64,000 nt of DNA from Thermodesulfobacteriota bacterium (GTDB lineage Bacteria > Desulfobacterota_D > UBA1144 > Nemesobacterales > Nemesobacteraceae): assembly GCA_965202785.1 (NCBI GenBank), contig OZ241855.1:128001-192000 (forward strand), read 5' to 3'. Of the stretch, positions 14,302 through 23,368 are shown in pieces. Position 1 is the first letter of the stretch; each line of letters opens with the position of its first letter. The translations under genes and the position numbers were made by a program. The notes beneath the pieces were generated by a model. It made no database searches, was not told where the DNA came from, and worked only from the letters and a program-made list of their open reading frames with translations.

Positions 14302-15573
14302 TTAACTATCGGTTCTAATCCGAAAATCCGCAGACAGCATCTTCCAGTGTTCTTTCAGCTGTTCTTTGTGAGTATGGTATGCGGGCAGGTCCTCCAGGGA
14401 TTTTGGCCACAGGGTACGCGCTTTCTCAAGCGTGTCGTCAAGGTGAGGCTTAATGGCTTTCCATGGAATACCGGCTTTGTCCGCCCAATTTTTAAAATGA
14501 CTGAAAGTCGCTTTATACCAGTCCTTGTTTTTGCTTAAATTTAACGCGTATTCCCTTTCTTCATCCATATAAACGCGGGTAACCACGATATCATAGGCGG
14601 GAGAGAGCTCCGGTGTGACTGTGTCGGGATAGACCAGGGACCAGTTTTTCAGATGAGCGTCACCGTTGGCCAGAAGAATGTTAACCAGCAGCCGTCGGGC
14701 GAACTGCTGGGTGTCTCCGAGGCCGTTGCCTGTGTACTGGTAAATGATCTTGCCTATCTGTTCGTAGTTCGGACCATCATACTTTTGCTGCGGGTACTTT
14801 ACCAGGATCTGAGCGAAGTCTTCTGAGTGAACGCGTTTCCCGCCCGAACGGTCAAACCGCCGTATCGCAAAGGCGAATTCTTCGTCGGGGAGACTGATAA
14901 CGGGGAGTTTATCCAGGGAATCCATTTCAACCAGCTTTATGTCCGGTATATCGATGCCCGCTGTCTGCGCAAGCCGCATGGCGGTGAACTCGTTTAAGGG
15001 AACAAGCTTGTGCACGGTGGACGGAGTTTTAATGATCCAGTCCCCGAGATCTCCGGATTCAGCGGTCCGGTAGCGTCCATCCCGTTCCCGCATCGAGAAT
15101 TTCATTTGCACGCCGGCCAGAGAGAATTGGGCTGGATTATCTTTTACTTCGGTTTTGGTGGCTTTTGTCCAAGGGTCCAATACGTAGCCGGGAACGTCAT
15201 CAGGCTCTGCGGCGGTAACGATCAGGGCTCCGGGCAGATCCTGTCCAAGGCGAGCTAGCAGGTTGAATTCGTTATCAGTATGGATTTTCAGATACTGTGC
15301 CAGCAATTCCCTTAACGCTCCCTCCGGCAGCAGGTTGGAGAGTACCGGATGCAGGCGTTGTCTCCTTGACCATGGCTTTGCAAGCACGTTTTTGACGTTG
15401 GGGAATTCGGGGTGCGTCGTCAGGGTGAAAGTCGGCCGTGAACTGTTCTCCGTAAACTCGGGGGCGAATGCAAGGATATTTCGACCATCACTGTAGCCTG
15501 TCAGATATCCGACCTTCGTGCCGTGCAGCGTGAGCTCTAAGACGTTGACTTCTTCCGCGCCGCTCATTGTCAT
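14302..15573 (-). CDS. hipA: HipA-family Ser/Thr kinase toxin
   Basis: N-terminal NLLPEG, FSLAGVQMKF, RRFDR, EDFAQ, NGDAHLKNWS and LSPAYD motifs. Confidence 0.93.
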   Translation of the reverse strand: MTMSGAEEVNVLELTLHGTKVGYLTGYSDGRNILAFAPEFTENSSRPTFTLTTHPEFPNVKNVLAKPWSRRQRLHPVLSNLLPEGALRELLAQYLKIHTDNEFNLLARLGQDLPGALIVTAAEPDDVPGYVLDPWTKATKTEVKDNPAQFSLAGVQMKFSMRERDGRYRTAESGDLGDWIIKTPSTVHKLVPLNEFTAMRLAQTAGIDIPDIKLVEMDSLDKLPVISLPDEEFAFAIRRFDRSGGKRVHSEDFAQILVKYPQQKYDGPNYEQIGKIIYQYTGNGLGDTQQFARRLLVNILLANGDAHLKNWSLVYPDTVTPELSPAYDIVVTRVYMDEEREYALNLSKNKDWYKATFSHFKNWADKAGIPWKAIKPHLDDTLEKARTLWPKSLEDLPAYHTHKEQLKEHWKMLSADFRIRTDS

Positions 15574-15893
15574 TCCTCAAGTAATCCTTTCCAGGGATCA
15601 TCAGAAGCCTGCGGTTCCTTCACTGCAAGGTCGGCATTGAATTTAACGCCGGAACCTATATCGGTTTTTCCTTCCAGTATGTCGCGGACCATGCGCAGTT
15701 TTTCCTGCGGGATAAGCAGAACCTCCATCCTGAGCCCCTTGGCAACCAGTTCAAGGGTGTCCAGGCGGGGATTGCCCCTTGACTCCAGCCTCTGATACTG
15801 CTGTCTTGACATGCCGAAGCGCAACATCATATCTTCTTGTTTCAGGTTGAGGTCTTTTCTGCGACTTTTAATTTGATTGAGTATTCTGCTCAT
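15570..15893 (-). CDS. hipB: HipB-like XRE HTH antitoxin
   Basis: HTH IKSRRKDLNLKQE..GMSRQQYQRLE..NPRLDTL; ATGA overlap with hipA. Confidence 0.88.
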   Translation of the reverse strand: MSRILNQIKSRRKDLNLKQEDMMLRFGMSRQQYQRLESRGNPRLDTLELVAKGLRMEVLLIPQEKLRMVRDILEGKTDIGSGVKFNADLAVKEPQASDDPWKGLLEE

Positions 15894-16069
15894 TCCAGTT
15901 TTTTCTCCAGATTATCTTTGCAGATAAAGAGGCTGCTTTTAACAGTTATAGCAATATATTAATTTCTTTTTTAATTAATTGCAATAAACAAACTGTTTTT
16001 ATTTAAAAAAGAATTGCATATGTTTCCTTTTTGGTTGGAGCAAGATTGATTTCCAACTATTTTACTGTG

Positions 16070-16120
16070 TGCGGATGTTTCATCGCATGACGTCTCAATC
16101 CCCAGAATGAGATGAGACAT
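16070..16120 (-). pseudogene. tsaD: 5' fragment (17 codons) of tRNA threonylcarbamoyltransferase TsaD
   Basis: Translates MSHLILGIETSCDETSA, the canonical TsaD N-terminal motif, and then runs into unrelated AT-rich sequence. Confidence 0.8.
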
Positions 16121-16185
16121 AAACCGAACCTTTAAGTGAACTGGATAATTACTTTGCCTAGGTGTCCGATTTAGCGAAGGGTGCG

Positions 16186-16320
16186 CTAAAGTAGGGGTGT
16201 TTGCGCTTTTTGGGGTTTGGTTTCCGCAGCGAAAGCGGGGGAACTGTGACTTCCGCGCACAGGAATGGCGCAGGAGACAAGAAGCAGCAATGGCAGAATG
16301 AGAAGATAAGCTTTTCTCAT
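16186..16320 (-). pseudogene. Truncated paralogue of the 13443-13916 lipoprotein (44 aa)
   Basis: MRKAYLLILPLLLLVSCAIPVRGS versus MRKSYLFVLPLLLLFASCAVPVRGS; similarity ends after about 24 codons. Confidence 0.7.
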
Positions 16321-16406
16321 GGAGCGGAAATTGGGGGTCCTCTGAATGATCTAAGAAGCTAAATGAGAAAAATGAAGTTCCGGGAACATGCAACGCGGTT
16401 TTCTTT
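16256..16406. repeat. Diverged direct repeat, copy 2 (partner 13849-14010)
   Basis: Shares the blocks listed for copy 1. Confidence 0.85.
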
Positions 16407-16497
16407 CCTCACATGGCGGCGGTTGCGAATTGGAACCCGTTGCGGGTATCCTGCTTGGGAAAAAAGAAAACAGATACAGAGAAAAGAGAAAACTATC

Positions 16498-17370
16498 ATG
16501 AAAAGCATGACGGGTTTCGCGGAATCATCCGTAAACACGGAAATCGGAAAGATCATGGTGGACATGCGGTCGGAGAACCACAGGTTCCTTGATGTTAAGG
16601 CCAGCGTTCCCGAATCGTTAGTCCACATGGAAACCGCCATTGAAGACAGGCTGAAGAACTCTATTCAGAGGGGAAAGCTTCGCCTCAGGCTTTCCCTGCA
16701 GGCAAACAGAAAGGAAAGACAGCGGTTATCCGAAAAGGTTCTCCGGGAAAACCACAGCTCCCTTAAAAGAATCAATTCCGCCCTGGGACTTAAAGCGGAG
16801 ATAGGGATTGAGCACCTGCTCATGATGGAGAACTCCTTTGAAAGTCACACCGGACCAGAGGTCTCAAGGCAGACGGAAGCCAGGATCAAGGAAGCGGTCG
16901 CAAAAGTGCTGGTAAAGTTCAACAGAAGCCGGGAGGTCGAGGGGCAGAAACTTGAAAAGGCAATACTCGGGCGGCTTGAGATCATAAAAAAGACGGTTGA
17001 CGGCGTAAAGAAGAAAAGAAAGGAATTCATAAAGAAATCCGATAAGAAAACAAAAGAGAAAATCGAGAAGATCTTCTCCTCAAAGCACAAAGACGACCCT
17101 ATCCTCTCACAGGAAGCCGCGGCAATAATCACGGAGAAAAGCGAAATTGACGAGGAAATCGTGAGGCTAGAGGCTCATATCTCGAAGTTCAGGAAAACCG
17201 CCAAGAAAAAGGGGCCAGTAGGGAAAGAGCTTGACTTTCTGGTTCAGGAAATGAACAGGGAGGCGGGAACGATATCAGCAAAATGCAAGGACGCGGGGAT
17301 CTCGCACCTTACCATAGGCATACGCCTTGAACTCGAGAAAATACGGGAACAGATTCAGAATATAGAGTAG
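16498..17370 (+). CDS. yicC: YicC/YloC family endoribonuclease
   Basis: MKSMTGFA, RSENHRFLD, GKELDFLVQEMNREAGTI and EKIREQIQNIE motifs. Confidence 0.93.
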   Translation: MKSMTGFAESSVNTEIGKIMVDMRSENHRFLDVKASVPESLVHMETAIEDRLKNSIQRGKLRLRLSLQANRKERQRLSEKVLRENHSSLKRINSALGLKAEIGIEHLLMMENSFESHTGPEVSRQTEARIKEAVAKVLVKFNRSREVEGQKLEKAILGRLEIIKKTVDGVKKKRKEFIKKSDKKTKEKIEKIFSSKHKDDPILSQEAAAIITEKSEIDEEIVRLEAHISKFRKTAKKKGPVGKELDFLVQEMNREAGTISAKCKDAGISHLTIGIRLELEKIREQIQNIE

Positions 17371-17444
17371 AGTCACGCCCGGACCTGCTGTCACGGGGCG
17401 CAGCACAGGCGCCGGCCGGTAAAGCCCGGAGACCGGTTTGCCCG

Positions 17445-17903
17445 CTACTTCTCATAAACGCTCACCACCGGTCGGATTTTCGTTTTCCGAAGAGCCTGAC
17501 GCGCAAGCTTCGTTCGCAGGTAAGCGGCGGAAGTGTCCTCTCCTTTTCTTATGGCTTCCCGACGTTCTTTCTCCTGGACCAGAGCGCATTCCCTGCATCG
17601 ACTGCAAAGACCGACAGACCTGCAGGGGTCGGAATGGAATTCCGACACGGGAAGTTTTCGCCAGCACCAGGAACAAACGTGATGACCGCTGGCCTTGCGG
17701 GGATACTTGCGTCTCTCCCGCCGGTTCCTTTTTTTCGACCACCTGTTGTTAGACAGCGACGCCGCCTGGGGATTCAAGTTGATCTGCCTCCCCTCAATAT
17801 ATCTGTTTATCGGTTTTTCAAGCTGCATGATCTGCTCTTTTTCTTCCCGGTCGGCAGCCCCCTGCTCGCGACAGTGCGAGAGGATCTCCACAGTCGGCTT
17901 CAT
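17445..17903 (-). CDS. Hypothetical basic protein with a CxxC..CxxC zinc ribbon (start uncertain)
   Basis: CSWCWRKLPVSEF..GLCSRCREC motif. Confidence 0.45.
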   Translation of the reverse strand: MKPTVEILSHCREQGAADREEKEQIMQLEKPINRYIEGRQINLNPQAASLSNNRWSKKRNRRERRKYPRKASGHHVCSWCWRKLPVSEFHSDPCRSVGLCSRCRECALVQEKERREAIRKGEDTSAAYLRTKLARQALRKTKIRPVVSVYEK

Positions 17904-18267
17904 TATCAGAAGCTTGCTGTGTAAAATCGAGTTGCATGGGCTCAATCTGCGGTGCTGCGAGAGCCGGAAGGAAATCGGTTTTCTTGTTTGACCAACGTAA
18001 GCTGACCCATCAGGAAAGCTGATTTTATATACCTTTATAATTGGTTCGTCCTTTCCGTGCGGTGGATTGCCGGAGACGCATATTATTCCAATTTATAAAG
18101 TAATTTCAATATGATACGAAACAGTCAGTCCTAGAAATTGCCGGTCGATCCACCGTCCTGGACCCAGCGGGAATTCTTTGGGGACCGCCGCGGGCAGATT
18201 TCACGAGAGAGTGTTTCGGGACTGTGAAAAATCCTTCGCCGTCCCTATAAACCCGGGACAGAAGACT

Positions 18268-18296
18268 TTGAAAAAACGAACCGGGCATGTTATAGT
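18268..18296 (+). promoter_or_regulatory. Sigma70-like promoter for sucD
   Basis: TTGAAA-17bp-TATAGT. Confidence 0.5.
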
Positions 18297-18344
18297 ACGC
18301 CCTCATTTGAAAAACGATGAAGCCCTCCAGGGAGAACCGGGAAA

Positions 18345-19214
18345 ATAAGCATTCTTGTAAATAAAGACTCAAAAGTCCTCGTGCAGGGGATAACGGGAAG
18401 CGCCGGGCTTTTCCACGCGACCCAGTGCCGCGAATACGGAACCAACGTCGTTGGCGGCGTCACTCCGGGAAAAGGCGGGAGCAGCGTCGAGGGATTCCCG
18501 GTCTTCGACACCATGGATGAAGCCGTGCGGGAAACCGGGGCGGACGTCTCTCTTGTGTTCGTTCCAGCGGCGTTTGCGATGGATTCGATGCTTGAGGCCC
18601 TTGATTCCGGCATTGAGATCGTAATCTGCATAACCGAGGGAATACCCACCCTGGACGTTGTGAGAGTAAAGGAGTACATGAGGGGCTCTCCAGCAAGACT
18701 TGTGGGACCCAACTGCCCGGGAGTAATAACCCCCGGGGAGGCCAAGGTGGGGATAATGCCCGGGTACATACATAAACCCGGAAGAGTGGGAATAATCTCA
18801 AGAAGCGGAACCCTCACCTACGAAGCCGTCTGGCAGCTTACCAATCTCGACATAGGGCAGTCGACGTGCATCGGCATAGGAGGCGACCCCGTTATCGGAA
18901 CCACGTTTATCGACGCGCTCTCGCTCTTTGAGAACGATCCCGACACAGACGCGGTGATAATGATAGGGGAAATCGGGGGGTCCGACGAAGAAGAGGCGGC
19001 CGAATACATAAGCGGGAACTTCACTAAGCCCATAGCCGCATTCATCGCGGGAGCCACGGCGCCCAAGGGGAAAAGAATGGGCCACGCGGGAGCCATTATT
19101 TCAGGGAGTTCGGGAAGCGCCGAGGACAAGTTCCAGGCACTCGAGCGCGCCGGAGTCACCACCTGCAAGAGCCCGGCCGAGATGGGAGAAGCGCTTAAAA
19201 GCGTAATCTCGTAA
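18345..19214 (+). CDS. sucD: Succinyl-CoA ligase alpha subunit (conserved N-terminus begins at ATA)
   Basis: (I)[32 protein letters not shown] and RMGHAGAI motifs. Confidence 0.96.
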   Translation: MSILVNKDSKVLVQGITGSAGLFHATQCREYGTNVVGGVTPGKGGSSVEGFPVFDTMDEAVRETGADVSLVFVPAAFAMDSMLEALDSGIEIVICITEGIPTLDVVRVKEYMRGSPARLVGPNCPGVITPGEAKVGIMPGYIHKPGRVGIISRSGTLTYEAVWQLTNLDIGQSTCIGIGGDPVIGTTFIDALSLFENDPDTDAVIMIGEIGGSDEEEAAEYISGNFTKPIAAFIAGATAPKGKRMGHAGAIISGSSGSAEDKFQALERAGVTTCKSPAEMGEALKSVIS

Positions 19215-19292
19215 CGCGCCCAAGACTTGACCGCCACTGCGAATCCTGCCCCTCACGCGGGTAATCCTTAAATTGGTTATCATTTTGCCCGT

Positions 19293-21899
19293 ATGGAACC
19301 AAAACTTTTCGAACTCGAGATCTTCAACAACCTTCTCGGAACAATCGCCGAGGAGATGGGTTCTGTTCTCGTAAGGGCGGGATTCTCCCCCAACATAAAG
19401 GAAAGAAGGGACCTTTCCTGCGCCATATTCAACTCAGACGGAGAAATGATCGCCCAGGCCGCCCATATCCCCATACACCTGGGATCAATGTCGTTTGCCG
19501 CAAGATCGGTAGCGACGGAGAATTTATCCCCGGGAGACGTTTTCATACTTAACGATCCTTTCCGCGGCGGAACGCATCTTCCGGACGTAACGTGCGTAGC
19601 GCCCGTGTTCGTCGACGGGAAGCCCGAGTTTCTGCTCGCCTCGCGAGCCCACCACGCTGACATAGGGGGCGACACCCCGGGGTCCATGCCGCTTTCAACA
19701 ACAATCCACGAAGAGGGAATCATAATACCCCCGACAAGAATACGGGAAGAGGGAATACTCAAAGAAACCCTGCTTCAGGAAATAATCCTCTCGACCAGGG
19801 ATCATGAGGAAAGAGAGGGGGATCTTCGGGCGCAGATAGCCTCGCTTGATACCGGGGAGAGAAGGATGCTGGAACTGCTCGAAAAATATTCTCTTTCGAA
19901 AATAAACCAGGCCGCTTCCGGGCTTCTTGACTACGGGGAGAGGCTCATGAGAAACGCCATAGAGAAAATACCGGACGGCGATTACGTCTTCACTGACTAC
20001 CTTGAAGACGACGGAGCGGGAACGAGGAATATACCGATACAGGTAAAGATAGAAATAAGCGGGGACGCTGCGGTAGTGGATTTCAGAGGAAGCTCGAAAA
20101 AGGTAAAAGGATGTCTTAACGCTCCCCTCAGCGTAACCACCTCCGCGGTTCTTTACTGTTTTCAGTGTCTCTCGGGCGAAGACACTCCCCTTAACTCGGG
20201 AACCCTGAGACCGATTGAAATCAGAGTCGATGAGGACTCGATTCTTAACGCCAGGTACCCGAGCGCGGTCGTCGGCGGAAACGTCGAGACGTCCCAGAGG
20301 ATAGTGGACGTGGTGTTCGGAGCGCTCGCGGAGGCAATACCCGAAACGATACAGGCGGCAAGCGCGGGAACAATGAGCAACCTCGCGTTCGGCTCGCCGC
20401 AAGACGCGCCTTCCGATGCCTCCTACGCCTACTACGAAACCATAGCCGGCGGAATGGGAGGACGGTCGGGCGCGGGAGGAGCAAACGCAGTGCACACGCA
20501 CATGACAAACACGCTCAACACCCCCGTTGAGGCAATCGAGAGGGAACTTCCCGTAATGGTGGAATCATACTCCGTAAGAAAGGGGTCAGGAGGCGCCGGC
20601 AGGTTCCCGGGCGGGGACGGAATCATAAGGCAGTACAGGTTCCTTGAGGACTCTCATCTCTCCCTCATAACCGAGAGAAGGGAGAAGCGGCCCTGGGGAG
20701 CCCGAGGCGGAGAAGACGGAGCGAGCGGGCGAAACACGCTTGTTTCGGGTGGGGAAGAAAAAAAACTGCCCGCGAAGTGCTCTATTTCGGTAAAGGCCGG
20801 AGAGGCGGTGAGAATCGAGACTCCGGGAGGGGGAGGATGGGGAGAGCCCGTCCCGGCTAATTTTTTCACCATCGACGCTCACCAGGACATAGCCTTTCAC
20901 ATTCGCCACTACAAAAGGGACTTCGAGAATCCCGAGGTTCCCTGCATGATAACCCTGCCCGGACTCAAGGAGAGCGGGGCAAGGGTTGTTTTCAACACCG
21001 TTTTCATACACCCGAAGCACAAACCCGCGGGTTCCGTCGCAGAAGCCATGGCCCAGCTTGACGTGTACGACGGCATATACAGAGAACACTCGGAAAGCGT
21101 CTTTCAGATAAAAGACAGACGGGATATAGACAGACTGCTGGAAGGCAAAAAAATCGGATTTTTCACTCTCATGGAAGGAGCGGACCCGATCTTGAACCCG
21201 CAGCATCTTCTTGAATACCAAAAAAGGGGCGTCCGAGCCCTCGGCCTTTCCTGGAACAACAGGAACATCTACGCTTCCGGGCCCGAAAGCAGCAAAGGGC
21301 TATCCGATCAGGGAAAGGAGCTTCTGCGGCAGATGAACGCCTTGGGCATCACGCTTGATCTCTCCCACCTTAACGAGAAATGTTTCTGGGAGAGCGTGGA
21401 GCTAACCGAGCTCATACCCGTTGCGACCCACTCAAACTCAAGAGCGCTTGTTGATCATCCCAGAAACCTGCGTGACGAGCAGCTTCGCGCCATCTCCGAG
21501 AGAGGCGGGGTAATCGGGGTTGTTTTCTACGGAAAATTTCTAAGAAAGGCGGAAGGATGCGCCACCCTCGAAGACATATACGCTCACATAGACCACATTA
21601 TAAGCGTCTGCGGCGAGGACCACGTGGGAGTGGGAACCGACATGCGGCGAGGACCACGTGGGAGTGGGAACCGACATGGACGGAGCGCCGGTAAAGGATT
21701 TCCCGGAAGAAATGAGACACATATCGGAACTCCCGGCACTTCCCGAGTATCTCCTCGGCAAGGGATATCCGAGGGGGGTTGTGGAGAAAATAATCGTCGG
21801 AAGGGATATCCGAGGGGGGTTGTGGAGAAAATAATGGGAATGAACTTCCTTCGGGTAATAAAAACGAACCTCGAAGAGGCACCGGACGACATAGAATAA
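19293..21899 (+). CDS. Hydantoinase B/oxoprolinase fused to a membrane dipeptidase (M19) domain; C-terminus locally frameshifted
   Basis: N-part has SPNIKERRD, NDPFRGGTHLPD, HHADIGG and ETPGGGGWG. C-part has IDAHQD, MEGAD, DLSHL, ATHSNSR..HPRNL and HVGVGTD. Confidence 0.85.
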   Translation: MEPKLFELEIFNNLLGTIAEEMGSVLVRAGFSPNIKERRDLSCAIFNSDGEMIAQAAHIPIHLGSMSFAARSVATENLSPGDVFILNDPFRGGTHLPDVTCVAPVFVDGKPEFLLASRAHHADIGGDTPGSMPLSTTIHEEGIIIPPTRIREEGILKETLLQEIILSTRDHEEREGDLRAQIASLDTGERRMLELLEKYSLSKINQAASGLLDYGERLMRNAIEKIPDGDYVFTDYLEDDGAGTRNIPIQVKIEISGDAAVVDFRGSSKKVKGCLNAPLSVTTSAVLYCFQCLSGEDTPLNSGTLRPIEIRVDEDSILNARYPSAVVGGNVETSQRIVDVVFGALAEAIPETIQAASAGTMSNLAFGSPQDAPSDASYAYYETIAGGMGGRSGAGGANAVHTHMTNTLNTPVEAIERELPVMVESYSVRKGSGGAGRFPGGDGIIRQYRFLEDSHLSLITERREKRPWGARGGEDGASGRNTLVSGGEEKKLPAKCSISVKAGEAVRIETPGGGGWGEPVPANFFTIDAHQDIAFHIRHYKRDFENPEVPCMITLPGLKESGARVVFNTVFIHPKHKPAGSVAEAMAQLDVYDGIYREHSESVFQIKDRRDIDRLLEGKKIGFFTLMEGADPILNPQHLLEYQKRGVRALGLSWNNRNIYASGPESSKGLSDQGKELLRQMNALGITLDLSHLNEKCFWESVELTELIPVATHSNSRALVDHPRNLRDEQLRAISERGGVIGVVFYGKFLRKAEGCATLEDIYAHIDHIISVCGEDHVGVGTDMRRGPRGSGNRHGRSAGKGFPGRNETHIGTPGTSRVSPRQGISEGGCGENNRRKGYPRGVVEKIMGMNFLRVIKTNLEEAPDDIE
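21609..21676. repeat. Perfect 34-bp tandem duplication
   Basis: tgcggcgaggaccacgtgggagtgggaaccgaca occurs twice in tandem. Confidence 0.95.
21760..21835. repeat. 35-bp direct duplication with 41-bp period
   Basis: aagggatatccgaggggggttgtggagaaaataat at 21760 and 21801. Confidence 0.95.
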
Positions 21900-21994
21900 C
21901 GTGTCGCCGATTTTTCCGTTAATTTCTTTATCCAGAGCGGATACTTGCCGATTTTCCTCTTAGAGAGGCAACGAAGCGCTTACAGCGAAGACCG

Positions 21995-22417
21995 TCAGCC
22001 CAGGTTTATCCTGTACCTTCCTGGACCGGAAATCATCAACACCACGTAGACGAAAAGATATTCAATCGCGTGTGAAGCCCCCTGCCATCCCGCCGCGGGT
22101 GACTCCTCCGGAAGATACAGGTGAAAGAGAACCGCTACGATCATGTTAACGGACAGAAGAAAAGTCGCAGGCATAAAGAAAATCCCCGCGATTATGAAAG
22201 CCGAGCAGAAAGACTCGGCAAAAGCCGCCATAAAGCCCCAGAAAACCGGATAAAAATCAATGCCGAAGGTCTGCAGTGACCCCCCGACTTTAGCCCATCT
22301 TTCGGGACCCCCGATCAGTTTCCCGTAGCCGTGAAAAATAAGCATCGAGAAGCCGAAACCCACTCTGAGCAGAAAAATTCCTAAATCCCAGTCCCTGTCT
22401 CTGCCGTAACTTAACAT
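21995..22417 (-). CDS. DoxX family membrane protein
   Basis: LGIFLLRVGFG..HGYGKL, AESF and terminal GPGRY; four hydrophobic segments. Confidence 0.88.
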   Translation of the reverse strand: MLSYGRDRDWDLGIFLLRVGFGFSMLIFHGYGKLIGGPERWAKVGGSLQTFGIDFYPVFWGFMAAFAESFCSAFIIAGIFFMPATFLLSVNMIVAVLFHLYLPEESPAAGWQGASHAIEYLFVYVVLMISGPGRYRINLG

Positions 22418-22487
22418 ACCGTATACTCTATACTAAGAAGATTTGTTAGACAAGGTTTCCTTCAACAAACCGAACCGAACAGTCCTA

Positions 22488-23288
22488 TTAGACAAGATCT
22501 TCCCCGCCGTCAACCCCTATCACGTTACCCGTGATCCAGGATGCTTCGTCAAGAGAGAGAAGCGCGATGGCTTTTGCCACGTCTTCAGGTGTCGTCAGTC
22601 TTCCCGAAGGGTTTGCCGCGAGAGCGTGACCGATGAGCTTATCGTTTCCCGGGATCTTTCTCAGCGCGGGAGTGTCCGTCACTCCAGCCATTACTGAATT
22701 AGCGGTAATGCCGTTTGGAGCGAGTTCAACGGCAAGCTGCCGTATGTGGGCCTCTATGGCCGCCTTGGCGGCCGATACCGCACCGTAAGTAGGCCATACC
22801 CTGTGACTCCCCGAGCTCGTCATGGCGAATATTCTCCCGCCCTCGCCCATTAACCCTTCCATAACAAGGTCCTGGGCCCAGTAAACGATGCTGTGGGCCA
22901 TCACGTCCAGGGTCATGTCAATGTTCCTGCTGTTAAGAACGTCCCTGCGTTCATCCGCAACGTAGCGTTTGAGCGTCCCGAAAGCTACAGAATGTATCAT
23001 CACCTTCACCCGGGATTCATCCTGCCCCACCACGTCCTTCATGTCCGCAATAACTTCCTGTCTTTTCTCAGCGTCGGCCACGTTCACGTTGTAGAACCTG
23101 ACATCGCTTCCCGTAGCCTTTATTTCCTCAACTATGCCCTCCACCTTCGCCATCGTGCCCCTGCGGTCAAGGTGCACGCCGAAAATATTCATTCCCCGGC
23201 GCGCAAGCTCAAGGCTGCAGGCCTCCCCGAAGCCGCTTGAAGAGCCGAGAACAAGCGCCCAGCTACCTTTAATAGAATTCTCAAACAA
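22488..23288 (-). CDS. SDR oxidoreductase, FabL-like enoyl-ACP reductase
   Basis: LGSSSGFG, YGAVSAAKAAIE, GVTDTPAL and TGNVIGVDGG motifs. Confidence 0.85.
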   Translation of the reverse strand: MFENSIKGSWALVLGSSSGFGEACSLELARRGMNIFGVHLDRRGTMAKVEGIVEEIKATGSDVRFYNVNVADAEKRQEVIADMKDVVGQDESRVKVMIHSVAFGTLKRYVADERRDVLNSRNIDMTLDVMAHSIVYWAQDLVMEGLMGEGGRIFAMTSSGSHRVWPTYGAVSAAKAAIEAHIRQLAVELAPNGITANSVMAGVTDTPALRKIPGNDKLIGHALAANPSGRLTTPEDVAKAIALLSLDEASWITGNVIGVDGGEDLV

Positions 23289-23368
23289 TCTACGCTACCT
23301 CTCTAGATATCGAATTTAAGAAAGTGGAATCGTACACGATTCCCCCTCTTTTTTCTAAACCGGAAAGA

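Noticed and set aside
21609-21835. 34-35 bp direct repeats as a mini CRISPR array
   Set aside because: These are two different repeats, each present only twice, both copied from coding sequence; there are no spacers or cas genes.
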